A DNA stretch of 49,920 nucleotides, taken from contig JBDRNT010000055.1 in the NCBI GenBank assembly GCA_043810925.1, positions 1-49,920 on the forward strand, read 5' to 3'. Positions within the stretch are counted from its first letter, which is position 1. Each line of letters begins with the position of its first letter. The notes below the pieces were generated by a model. That model ran no database searches. It was given only the letters and a program-made list of their open reading frames with translations, and had not been told where the DNA came from. This document shows, piece by piece, positions 1 through 8,869 of this stretch. The translations under genes and the position numbers were made by a program. Source of the DNA: Candidatus Eiseniibacteriota bacterium (GTDB taxonomy: Bacteria; Arandabacterota; Arandabacteria; Arandabacterales; Arandabacteraceae).

Positions 1-320
1 GGCGCCCTACGCATATAGGGCGGAAGAATACGGCTCGTAAAGCGCTCGCCAGGACGACGATCATGCACTCGGGGCCGCTTCACGGGGATCACCCCGGCGC
101 CTGTAACTACATCGCGCTCCTTCATCCAGCCGTTGCGAACCACCTGCCTACGCCCTCGATCATCCAACTCACCGACATGACCAGCCACGTAGTCGGAAAC
201 CTCCGCCTCTATCGCATGTTGAAGTAGGCGCCTCGCTCCCTCCCGAACGATCTCATCCAACACGCTCCTGGCTGCCTTTCCTCCTTGACCCGTTATCTCT
301 ACCGGTGTATCCTTCCTCAT
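1..320 (-). CDS. IS256-family (Mutator-like DDE) transposase, N-terminal part; not in ORF track
   Basis: Manual translation MRKDTPVEITGQGGKAARSVLDEIVREGARRLLQHAIEAEVSDYV...VVRNGWMKERDVVTGAGVIPVKRPRVHDRRPGERFTSRILPPYMRRA, with typical IS256 EAEV/RNG/PR-DR/LPPY motifs. AAAGGA RBS upstream. Confidence 0.9.
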   Translation of the reverse strand, partial: MRKDTPVEITGQGGKAARSVLDEIVREGARRLLQHAIEAEVSDYVAGHVGELDDRGRRQVVRNGWMKERDVVTGAGVIPVKRPRVHDRRPGERFTSRILPPYMRRA

Positions 321-416
321 ACGGCGTATCCTTTCTACCTGCTCTGAGCAGGGTTTCTTGGTTTAGAAAAGGATACGCCTCTTCTTTAGCCCGTCCACAA
401 CTTTCGGTTATACCCC
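1..416 (-). mobile_element. IS256-family insertion sequence, left end (truncated by window edge)
   Basis: Transposase N-terminus at 320->1. Terminal IR GGGGTATAACCGAAAGTTGTGGA (minus strand, 416-394) matches the IR at 49782-49804 at 16/23 positions. Confidence 0.88.
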
Positions 417-620
417 GTCTACCTTGGTGACCGAGCGCGGGTGCGGATCCTTGCGTATCACGCGCTGAGGGCGGCACGCCGTCTCTTCGGGATACCCGAC
501 TTCCGATATTACGCTCTTGCCGATGGGATAAAGAGGCTCTTAGAAGCCCTCAGAAGGCCATTCGTTGCTCGATTGGTGTCAGGACATGCACAAGTGCAAC
601 CTAACCTCTTTGACCCATGA
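417..620 (+). pseudogene. C-terminal remnant of a second (IS4-like DDE) transposase interrupted by the IS256
   Basis: Open frame starts exactly at the IS256 boundary: VYLGDRARVRILAYHALRAARRLFGIPDFRYYALADGIKRLL...QVQPNLFDP*. It ends in a clamp-binding-like QxxLF motif and is followed by a probable IS end TTTTTGGGGAAACTCCA (623-639). Family recalled from memory. Confidence 0.6.
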
Positions 621-653
621 GATTTTTGGGGAAACTCCACATCTTTGACCACC

Positions 654-682
654 TTGACACACGCGTGCGGACGGTGTAATAT
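654..682 (+). promoter_or_regulatory. sigma70-like promoter
   Basis: TTGACA-17 nt-TAATAT upstream of ATG 729. Confidence 0.5.
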
Positions 683-728
683 CCAAGACTCGAAGAGCAA
701 AGAGCGGACACACCCGGAGGAGGAAGCC

Positions 729-1928
729 ATGGACAAACAAGCTGTCGAGAAAGCGAAAACACACTTCGAGAAACTCGTCACCGAACAGCTGGCGCGAGTC
801 GAGAGGATGAAGAAAGGTGAGGAGTGGACCGATTTCGCCAGCCTCAAACCGATCATCGTTGGAATCATCGGAGGCGACGGAATCGGGCCGTATATAGCTG
901 CGAATGCCCAACGCGTACTTGAGACCATGCTTGCTGATGAGCTTAAGACGGGTAAGGTTGAGTTCAGGGTGATCGAAGGCCTGACGATCGAGAACAGAGC
1001 CAAGGTCAACAAAGCTATCCCCGACGATGTCTTAGAGGAGATAAAGAAGTGTCACGTTACCCTCAAAGGTCCTACGACCACTCCCCGCAAGGGCGATCCC
1101 TGGCCCAACATAGAGAGCGCAAATGTGGCGATGCGCAGATATCTGGATCTCTTCGCCAATGTCCGGCCGGTAAAGGTTCCCAGGGAAGGCCTTGACTGGA
1201 TGTTTTTCAGGGAGAACACCGAGGGTGCCTACGTTCTCGGCAGTTGCGGCATCGATGTCACTGAAGACCTGGCATTTGATTTCAAGGTGATCACGAGCCA
1301 GGGTGCGGAGCGGATCATCAGACTGGCCTTTGAATACGCCAAGAAGAATGGCATCAACAGGGTGACGATCGTCACCAAGGCGAATGTGGTGAAGACGACC
1401 GATGGGAAGTTCCTGAAGATCGGCCAGAAGATAGCCGAGGAGTATCCGGGGATCGAGTGCGATGACTGGTATATAGATATCATGACGGCGAAACTGGTCG
1501 ACCCCAAGAGGCGAACCGCGTTTAAGGTCATGGTCCTTCCCAACCTTTACGGAGATATCCTCACGGACGAGGCAGCCGAGTTCCAGGGTGGGGTCGGGAC
1601 AGCCGGGAGCGCCAACATAGGCAAGAGGTATTCGATGTTTGAGGCCATACATGGTTCCGCTCCCAGGATGGTCAAGGAAGGACGAGCCCAGCATGCCGAC
1701 CCGTCCAGTATGATCCGGGCGGGGGCGATGCTTCTTAACCACATCGGATTTCCCGAGAAGGGCAAGAGACTCGAGATGGCGCTTGATATCTGTGGGCAGT
1801 ACGAGAAGAAACTGGTGATGACGGGCAGGTCTGATGGCGCCACGGGTAACGATTTCTGCGATTACATACTTGCGACCATGAAGGACCCGGAACTCGAGAA
1901 GCGCTGGAAGACTTATACGAGCTTGTAG
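729..1928 (+). CDS. Isocitrate/isopropylmalate dehydrogenase family (probably NAD-dependent IDH-like)
   Basis: GDGIGP, LKGPTTTP, SANVAMRR, RENTEG, KANV, PNLYGDILTD and FEAIHGSAP motifs. GGAGGAGG RBS before ATG 729. Confidence 0.9.
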   Translation: MDKQAVEKAKTHFEKLVTEQLARVERMKKGEEWTDFASLKPIIVGIIGGDGIGPYIAANAQRVLETMLADELKTGKVEFRVIEGLTIENRAKVNKAIPDDVLEEIKKCHVTLKGPTTTPRKGDPWPNIESANVAMRRYLDLFANVRPVKVPREGLDWMFFRENTEGAYVLGSCGIDVTEDLAFDFKVITSQGAERIIRLAFEYAKKNGINRVTIVTKANVVKTTDGKFLKIGQKIAEEYPGIECDDWYIDIMTAKLVDPKRRTAFKVMVLPNLYGDILTDEAAEFQGGVGTAGSANIGKRYSMFEAIHGSAPRMVKEGRAQHADPSSMIRAGAMLLNHIGFPEKGKRLEMALDICGQYEKKLVMTGRSDGATGNDFCDYILATMKDPELEKRWKTYTSL

Positions 1929-1949
1929 GTAGACCGGCTCAACTGATTT

Positions 1950-1976
1950 CAAGGCCTGACCCCAGGTGACCCCAGG
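1950..1976. repeat. Short REP-like / tandem TGACCCCAGG motif between convergent genes
   Basis: CAAGGCCTGACCCCAGGTGACCCCAGG: two tandem TGACCCCAGG copies. Confidence 0.35.
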
Positions 1977-1987
1977 GGCCCCGGAGT

Positions 1988-3982
1988 CTATTCGTATCTG
2001 AGGGCTTCTACGGGATCGAGTTTTGATGCCTTGTTAGCCGGATACATACCGAAGAAAATGCCCACGCCTACGGCGAAGAAGAAGGCCATGAGGACCGAGC
2101 TCAGCGTGATTATCGATTCGCCGCCGCTGCCGAAGAGACGTCTGGGCCCGAACATGCCTGCGCCCACCATGAGATTCCCCAGGGTATTGGCGAACGTGAT
2201 CCCCAGTATTATGCCGATCACTCCACCGACAAAGGCAAGCACCATGGATTCTATAAGGAATTGCACAAGCACATCACGTCGCTTCGCCCCAACCGCTTTA
2301 CGAAGTCCAATCTCCCTTGTCCTCTCGGTTACCGAGACCAGCATGATGTTCATGATGCCGATGCCGCCTACGATGAGGGATATCGCGGCAATGCCTGAGA
2401 GCATCAGCTTGAAAGTGCTTGCGGTCTGCTCGATTGTCTGACGGAATTCCTCCTGGCTTCGAACCCTGAAGTCCACGACCTTATTGTGCCTTTCAGTCAG
2501 CAGTGCCTCCACCTCACGCGACGCAACATCTGCAAGTTCAGAACTCCTCGCCTGGACGTAGATCGTCTGGACCTGATCCTCTCCGGTGAACCTCTTCTCA
2601 GCGGTCGTCAGCGGTATGAGGATCTGGTCATCGAAGTTCTCCCAGCCTACGCGTCCCTTTTCCGTGAGGACCCCGATTACGATGAAGCGCTCTTCCCTCA
2701 CCTTTATGTCCCTACCGACGGCGGACCGGTCGCCAAAGAGCTCGTCCTTGACGGTCTTGCCGATCACGGCTACCTTGGCCCATGAGTCAATCTCGGCCTG
2801 ACCGAAGAACCTGCCGTCTTCCATCTCGAGGTTCCTTATCGCCTGGTACGACGGAGTCGTCCCCAGAACCCTTGTGTCCCAATACTCATCGAGATACCTC
2901 ACTCTCTCCTGGGTTCTAATCTGCGGTGCCACCTCTTTGACGGTGGGGATGTTCTCCTTGATAGCCGCCGCATCGTCACTGGTCAATCCCGGCGATCTCC
3001 CTCTCCACTCCAGCGCTTCTTCCTTGCTTTCGGGCCGTTCAGGGGATACGGCCAGGATGTTCGCTCCAAGCTTTTCTATCTGTGATGTGATCTGATTCTT
3101 GGCACCCTCACCCACACCGAGCATCCCGATTACGGCCGCAACACCGATTACGATACCGAGCATCGTGAGGAATGCCCGCATCTTGTTTGAGAGAATTCCC
3201 TTGTAGCCGGATCTGAAGCCGGCAGTCAGGCTTCCGACCAGGCTGGTTTTTCTTCTGTATGCGTCCGGCTTGCCTGCCGCGCGCTCGATTGCCTGTCTCA
3301 GAACTTCATCTCGCTCAATCTGTCCGTCCCGCATGTGTACGATTCGCTCGGCATGCCTTGCCACTTCGATATCATGCGTCACCAGTATGATGGTTTTGCC
3401 CTGTTCATGGAGTTTGTCGAAAACAGCCATTATCTCCGCACCCGATCGTGAATCGAGGTTACCTGTCGGTTCGTCCGCGAGTATTATGGCAGGGTCGTTG
3501 ACAAGCGCCCTGGCGATCGCCACCCGCTGTTGCTCACCGCCTGAGAGTTCGTTGGGATAATGCTGTGCGCGGTCCTTGAGCCCCACGACCTCCAGGGCTT
3601 CCATGGCTCTTCGCCGGCGTTCCCGCTCTCCGACTCCCGAGTACAGCAGAGGCAGCTCGACGTTGGCGAGCGCGCTCGTTCTTGCGAGCAGATTGAACAT
3701 CTGAAAGACGAACCCGATCTGCTCGTTTCGGATCTCAGACAACTGATTCTCATCGAGATTGTCGGTGGCCTGTTCGTTGAGGAAATAGCTTCCCGAAGTC
3801 GGTCTTGAGAGGCATCCGAGGATATCCATCAGCGTGGTCTTCCCGGATCCTGACGAACCCATGAAGGAGACGAATGCGCCTCTCTGGATTTCGAGGGAGA
3901 GCCCCCTTAAGGCCCTCACCTCCATCTTGCCCATCCGGTAAGTCTTGGTCAGTTGCTGTGCTCTGATCAACATTGCTCGCAT
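1988..3982 (-). CDS. macB: MacB-type ABC transporter (fused ATPase + FtsX-like permease)
   Basis: Walker [10 protein letters not shown], signature [26 protein letters not shown]; permease [29 protein letters not shown]-terminal [10 protein letters not shown]. Confidence 0.93.
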   Translation of the reverse strand: MRAMLIRAQQLTKTYRMGKMEVRALRGLSLEIQRGAFVSFMGSSGSGKTTLMDILGCLSRPTSGSYFLNEQATDNLDENQLSEIRNEQIGFVFQMFNLLARTSALANVELPLLYSGVGERERRRRAMEALEVVGLKDRAQHYPNELSGGEQQRVAIARALVNDPAIILADEPTGNLDSRSGAEIMAVFDKLHEQGKTIILVTHDIEVARHAERIVHMRDGQIERDEVLRQAIERAAGKPDAYRRKTSLVGSLTAGFRSGYKGILSNKMRAFLTMLGIVIGVAAVIGMLGVGEGAKNQITSQIEKLGANILAVSPERPESKEEALEWRGRSPGLTSDDAAAIKENIPTVKEVAPQIRTQERVRYLDEYWDTRVLGTTPSYQAIRNLEMEDGRFFGQAEIDSWAKVAVIGKTVKDELFGDRSAVGRDIKVREERFIVIGVLTEKGRVGWENFDDQILIPLTTAEKRFTGEDQVQTIYVQARSSELADVASREVEALLTERHNKVVDFRVRSQEEFRQTIEQTASTFKLMLSGIAAISLIVGGIGIMNIMLVSVTERTREIGLRKAVGAKRRDVLVQFLIESMVLAFVGGVIGIILGITFANTLGNLMVGAGMFGPRRLFGSGGESIITLSSVLMAFFFAVGVGIFFGMYPANKASKLDPVEALRYE

Positions 3983-3996
3983 CCCTCGTATGGCAA

Positions 3997-5412
3997 CTAC
4001 ATCGGCGGGCCCCTGAATTGGGACCGCTCCGATCCTTGAGAAGAACCCGATTGGAACCCCGACAGGATCACCTGATCCCCTTCCTCCAGCCCCTCCCTTA
4101 TTTCCACGTTGACGTCGTCTTCGAGTCCCGTGACCACGGGCTGCGTCACGGTCTCCTCATCACTGTGGAGCATTACGGCCGGACGGCCGTCGTACTGTAC
4201 GATCGCCTCTTTAGGCACATAGATCACGTTCTCCGCCCGGGCGATGATGATATCCAGGTCCGCGGTCATGCCGGGCCTTATGAGCTCGATACCGGCCTGT
4301 TCCTCCTCGCCCTCGAGGCTTGATGGAAAAGCCGGGCGCGGACTATCCTCCGGAGGTGTGAGGCCGAACTTCTTGAGCGCGCTCTCCACATAACGCTGCA
4401 TTTCCTCAGGCCCTGCACCCTGCTCCCGCAGAGCCTGCATTTCAGCTCGGACGCTGTTTCGCTGTTCCTCGCTCAGCTGCGAGAAGATCTCCCCCCTCTG
4501 CCGCGGAGGTTGCCCGGAATCGGACCTCTGGAACTGGCCGGAGACCGAGCCGGTGATTTCCACTTCCACAGGAAACACGACTATATTGCCCTCTATGACC
4601 CCGGCCGGGGCTATCTTCTTGACGACTCCCCTGAAAGATATGTCCCGTATGGCATCGAATCCGATCTGTGCGGGCTGGCCCACCCTCACCCTGCTCACAT
4701 CCACCTCGTTTATGTCAGTGTTTACGATCATCTTGCTCAAGTCGGCGATGGTCATGATTGTTGTTCCACCGCCGCCATAAGCCTGGGTCCCGGAGGTGAT
4801 CATCTCACCTTCTTCGACGTTCAGGTTGAGCACCACGCCGGAGATCGGTGACGCGACGATGATGTTGTCGAAGGACTTCGCCCCGATGCTCTGTGACTTG
4901 ACCGACTCAGACCCGCCAAGCACCAGCCAGAGCTTCTTCTCTGAAAGCTCTACCTGGATCTGGACGCGTTTGTATGCCTGCTCCGCGTCCTCAACCTCTT
5001 TCTTGGAGATGAAACCCTTACTGAAGAGCTCCTGTTGACGCTTGAGATGCCGCTCGGCATCCACCAGGTCAAGTTGGGCCTGCTCTATGGACGCCCGCGC
5101 CTGCGCTACCTGCTGGGCCTGCGACGACTCCTGCTGTACCAGCGCCAGATGGTCACCGGCTTTGACACTGTCACCTTCTTCCACGTAGAGCTTCTGAACC
5201 TCACCGGCCAATTCCGACTTTATGTTGACGGTGGTCAGAGGCTGTACTTCGCCACTTTCGGTCACCTTGATGACTATGTCGCCTCTTGCGACCGTCACAG
5301 TCCTCACCTTCTGGTCCTGTTCGGTCCGGTTCCCTGTGGCCGAGATCAATATGACAGCTATCACTGCTACCACGATCACGGCGCCGATAATGACTAACCG
5401 CCTCTTTTTCAT
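3997..5412 (-). CDS. MacA-like periplasmic adaptor (membrane fusion protein)
   Basis: N-terminal anchor, lipoyl/coiled-coil hairpin, ASPISGVV, INEVDVSRVRVGQ, RPGMTA and GLEEGDQV motifs; adjacent to macB. Confidence 0.9.
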   Translation of the reverse strand: MKKRRLVIIGAVIVVAVIAVILISATGNRTEQDQKVRTVTVARGDIVIKVTESGEVQPLTTVNIKSELAGEVQKLYVEEGDSVKAGDHLALVQQESSQAQQVAQARASIEQAQLDLVDAERHLKRQQELFSKGFISKKEVEDAEQAYKRVQIQVELSEKKLWLVLGGSESVKSQSIGAKSFDNIIVASPISGVVLNLNVEEGEMITSGTQAYGGGGTTIMTIADLSKMIVNTDINEVDVSRVRVGQPAQIGFDAIRDISFRGVVKKIAPAGVIEGNIVVFPVEVEITGSVSGQFQRSDSGQPPRQRGEIFSQLSEEQRNSVRAEMQALREQGAGPEEMQRYVESALKKFGLTPPEDSPRPAFPSSLEGEEEQAGIELIRPGMTADLDIIIARAENVIYVPKEAIVQYDGRPAVMLHSDEETVTQPVVTGLEDDVNVEIREGLEEGDQVILSGFQSGSSQGSERSQFRGPPM

Positions 5413-6767
5413 TCAGCCCTCCCTGCCAACTCGTACGGCAACCGGCCCATCGCTTGTCTCAATACAGCTTTGTTCAGATGATAATCGTAGATCGCCATGG
5501 TGTGGCCCACCTTGCTGTTCGACAGTGCCACCCCCGCATCGATGACCTCCGTTATCGGAGCAATTCCGGCCGCGTATCTTCCAAGTGCCGTGTTGTAACT
5601 CTCCTCTGCGCTTTCGACCTCTTTGCGGGTGAGATCGGTCTTCTTAAAAGAGGTCACAAGGTTGAGATGCGCCAGTTTGACTTCGAGGTCCACTTCCTTC
5701 CGCCATTGCGTGTAACCGAGCTCGGCCTCATGCAGGTCTATCCTCGCAGCCCGGACGGCCCTGCCGGCCACCCCGCCGTCGAACAGGGGAAATCTCAATC
5801 CAACTCCTACACGCCAATCGCTATTGTCCTCCCAGTTGGTCCGGTTAAGGGGAAGATCGTCGAATACGAACGCATCGATATATGCGTCATATGTGCCGGA
5901 GAGCGTAAGAGTCGGCCATCTGTCAATCTGCGCGAGTCTCACGTTGGATTGCTTGATCGAGACATTGGCCCTCTGCTGCAAGAGCTCGGGACGGTTCAGG
6001 GACGCCTCATTCACACAGTCTTTGACATCGGGAGGAGGCTCCCTTTCGAACACGGTGGACGCAACTTGAGTGGGATGATCCAGATCGATACCCATCGCGT
6101 CATTGAGCTCTGCATGTGCGAGCCCGAGATTTCCCAGCGCCTCGAGCGAGTCGATCTCCGCCGCTATGACGTCCGCTTCGGCCTTGAGGATGTCGGCCCT
6201 GGGTACAAGTCCGAGGTCAAACCGGGCACGGGCAAAGTCAAAATGTGTTCTGCGCTGCACCAGGCTCTCCTCTCTGAGTTTGAGAATCTCCGTTGTCTCC
6301 AGCAGGCTGTAGTATTTCCTCATGACGTCAAGAATCAGTCCGATCTCCGTAAGGCGGTAGCTCTGCTTGGCAGAGGCCAGCGACTCCCTGGACTTGGCGG
6401 TGTTTATCCAGGTCCGGCCACCGTTAAAGGGAGTCATTGATGCGTTCAGCGACAGGCTGTAGTGATTCTCGTTCCATTCCAGCCTGTCATAGGTGTCGGT
6501 AACGTTATAACCGCCTGAAAGGTCGATGTCGGGCATGAATCCCGCCCGGGCATCCTTGAGGTTGATTTCAGATTTGGTCACGTCGCCCTTGCTTATGGCA
6601 ATATCCCGCGAGTTCTTGAGAGCGATCTCAAGACACTGCTGAAGATCCAACGAATCCCCGGGGGATGTTGAGATGCCGGTCTCACCGGGCGCCGTGTGAG
6701 CACAGACCGGCACCAGCAATACCACCATCAGCCACATCCCGGTGGCGCAGATTCGATTCATTCTCAT
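5409..6767 (-). CDS. TolC-family outer membrane efflux protein
   Basis: Signal peptide, LDLQQCLEIALKNS, NRPEL, FPLFDGG, duplicated OEP-like halves; operon with macA/macB; AGGAG RBS near 6770. Confidence 0.9.
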   Translation of the reverse strand: MRMNRICATGMWLMVVLLVPVCAHTAPGETGISTSPGDSLDLQQCLEIALKNSRDIAISKGDVTKSEINLKDARAGFMPDIDLSGGYNVTDTYDRLEWNENHYSLSLNASMTPFNGGRTWINTAKSRESLASAKQSYRLTEIGLILDVMRKYYSLLETTEILKLREESLVQRRTHFDFARARFDLGLVPRADILKAEADVIAAEIDSLEALGNLGLAHAELNDAMGIDLDHPTQVASTVFEREPPPDVKDCVNEASLNRPELLQQRANVSIKQSNVRLAQIDRWPTLTLSGTYDAYIDAFVFDDLPLNRTNWEDNSDWRVGVGLRFPLFDGGVAGRAVRAARIDLHEAELGYTQWRKEVDLEVKLAHLNLVTSFKKTDLTRKEVESAEESYNTALGRYAAGIAPITEVIDAGVALSNSKVGHTMAIYDYHLNKAVLRQAMGRLPYELAGRAE

Positions 6768-7027
6768 TCTCCTTCTTCCGGGTGTTTCGATTGTCGAGCC
6801 CGGGTATATTAACACATCTCCATCGTCTGACGTTCCTGATATATCTGACAACTGCGGACCCAGGCTTATTCCCACGCGGCCCGGTTTAGAACCGCAGGGC
6901 TATCCCGGTCCGGGCGCGGCGGCCGGCCGGCGAAAAAGATTTCGCCAAGGCCGGTCCAATCCGATATATTATCTGTTGGACGCCCTTGGGTGGGCGGCCA
7001 TCACCAGCAGGAGGTATCGAGCCCGGT

Positions 7028-8845
7028 ATGAGGACTTGCGTCAGATTGACACTGCTCTTATGCGTTTGCCTGGCGCTTTCATGTGGTCAGACGAGCGAGC
7101 GTAAACTCAATCTCTTGATAATAGCGGTCGATACGCTACGGCCCGACCACCTCGGGTGCTATGGGTACGAGCGCAACACGAGTCCGAATATCGACGGGCT
7201 TGCGGCCGGAGGCGTGCTCTTCGAAAGTGCCGTCAGTCAGTCGCCCTGGACGCTTCCGTCTTTTGCCACGACCCTGACATCGCTCTATCCGACTCAGCAC
7301 GGAGCCGGGTTTATCGAACCCGGGGTCGGTTCCTATGGGAGACGGATGCGAACGGTTTTCCCGCCGCTGGCAATGGTGCTGCTCAAGCATGGCTACGCGA
7401 CCGGCGCAATAATAAATGCCCCGGCTCTCGCAGTGGAGTTTGGTGTGGACAGGGGCTTCGAATTTTATGACACCACCCCGCGGTGGGTTGCGCGCATCGC
7501 CGACGGCACAACTGCCGATGCCTTGAAGTGGCTTGATGAGAATAAGGATGTGCCGTTCTTTGCATTCGTCCATTACTTCGATCCGCATCTGGACTACGAA
7601 CCACCGGCTCCCTATGACACACTTTTCGATCCCGGGTATCGGGGCAGGATAGGCAAGATATTCGACCGTGAGACATACGAGAGTCTCAAGGTTGGACTGT
7701 CCCGGGAAGGCGATCCAGCGGCAGACGCAGACTGGAACCATGTCCGTGCCCTCTATGACGGCGAGATTGCCTTTACGGATGTGGCGGTCGGAGATCTCCT
7801 GAAAGGAATTGAAGAGAGAGGCCTGAAAGATAATACCCTGATAGTCTTGTTAGGCGATCACGGTGAGGAGTTCTTTGAACACAGGGGATTCGAGCACGGG
7901 CACACCCTCTTTGACGAGCTTATCAAGGTACCGCTGATCTTCTCGCTCCCGGGCGTGGTTCCGGAGAATACGAAGGTCGGCGAGCAGGTACGGCTTCTGG
8001 ACGTCATGCCGACCATCCTCGACATCCTTGGCATCACGGCCACGACTCATCTTGAGGGCGTGAGCCTCGAACCGCTTATCACGGGCCGGGGGGAAGCCGA
8101 GCCTTCCAAGGTCGGCCTGCTGCCGCCCAAGTTCGCCTATTCCGAGTCTATGTTGTACGGCGCGGAGAAGAAGAGTCTGACGGCCTATCCCTGGAAACTG
8201 ATCTACAATACCGTGACCGGCGAGGAGATGCTGCTCAACCTGGCAGCCGATCCCGGCGAACACCACGATGTCCTCGCCGGAGAGATTGATACCCGCAAAC
8301 TGATGGAGAATGTACTCTTTGGTACTCTCTTCACCATATCGGAGTCATGGTTCGTCGAGATCTCCGGTGGTGGGGAAAGCCATACCTTTGATTTCAGTGT
8401 GAAAGCTCAGCAGAAGCCGTTTGTCGGCAGCATCCAGATGGCGAAGATCCTCGATCTGGACGGGAACCCGGTGGACAGCGAGCGTGCGAAGCTGAAGAAA
8501 GTCTCCTCGTACGCCCTCAAGATCGAAGGACTCGAGCTCAAGGGCACTGTCCGTCTGGCTTTCAAGGCCAATCCCAAGCGGGCCAGCCTGACATTTGATT
8601 GCAGGATCGATGGTGAGCCTGCGACCGGTATGACGTTTACCGGACCCACGCTATCGCCTGCTTCGGAGATGCCGTTTACAGAGAAGCCGACAAAGCAGGC
8701 CGTGCCGCCTGGCCCCCCCCAGTCGAAGCCCCAGGCGCCCTACATCCTCATATGGCGCTCCGGAGATGATCTTCAACCCGATACGCCTGTTAAGCTCAGC
8801 GAGGACACCAAGCAGCGGCTCCGCGCCCTGGGCTACATTCAGTAA
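7028..8845 (+). CDS. Sulfatase-like hydrolase/transferase (alkaline phosphatase superfamily), probable lipoprotein with extra C-terminal domain
   Basis: IAVDTLRPDHLGCYGY, PWTLPSF, HYFDPHLDY, LYDGEI, GDHGEEF, EHGHTL, C-terminal LRALGY; lipobox LALSC. Confidence 0.88.
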   Translation: MRTCVRLTLLLCVCLALSCGQTSERKLNLLIIAVDTLRPDHLGCYGYERNTSPNIDGLAAGGVLFESAVSQSPWTLPSFATTLTSLYPTQHGAGFIEPGVGSYGRRMRTVFPPLAMVLLKHGYATGAIINAPALAVEFGVDRGFEFYDTTPRWVARIADGTTADALKWLDENKDVPFFAFVHYFDPHLDYEPPAPYDTLFDPGYRGRIGKIFDRETYESLKVGLSREGDPAADADWNHVRALYDGEIAFTDVAVGDLLKGIEERGLKDNTLIVLLGDHGEEFFEHRGFEHGHTLFDELIKVPLIFSLPGVVPENTKVGEQVRLLDVMPTILDILGITATTHLEGVSLEPLITGRGEAEPSKVGLLPPKFAYSESMLYGAEKKSLTAYPWKLIYNTVTGEEMLLNLAADPGEHHDVLAGEIDTRKLMENVLFGTLFTISESWFVEISGGGESHTFDFSVKAQQKPFVGSIQMAKILDLDGNPVDSERAKLKKVSSYALKIEGLELKGTVRLAFKANPKRASLTFDCRIDGEPATGMTFTGPTLSPASEMPFTEKPTKQAVPPGPPQSKPQAPYILIWRSGDDLQPDTPVKLSEDTKQRLRALGYIQ

Positions 8846-8869
8846 CACCAGACAATCCGTCAGGGTTTC

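Noticed and set aside
253-477. 74-aa ORF in the track and the many long antisense ORFs (e.g. 5454..6440, 33969..34994, 42727..43395)
   Set aside because: Shadow frames overlapping well-supported genes or IS ends in GC-rich DNA, with no recognisable motifs.
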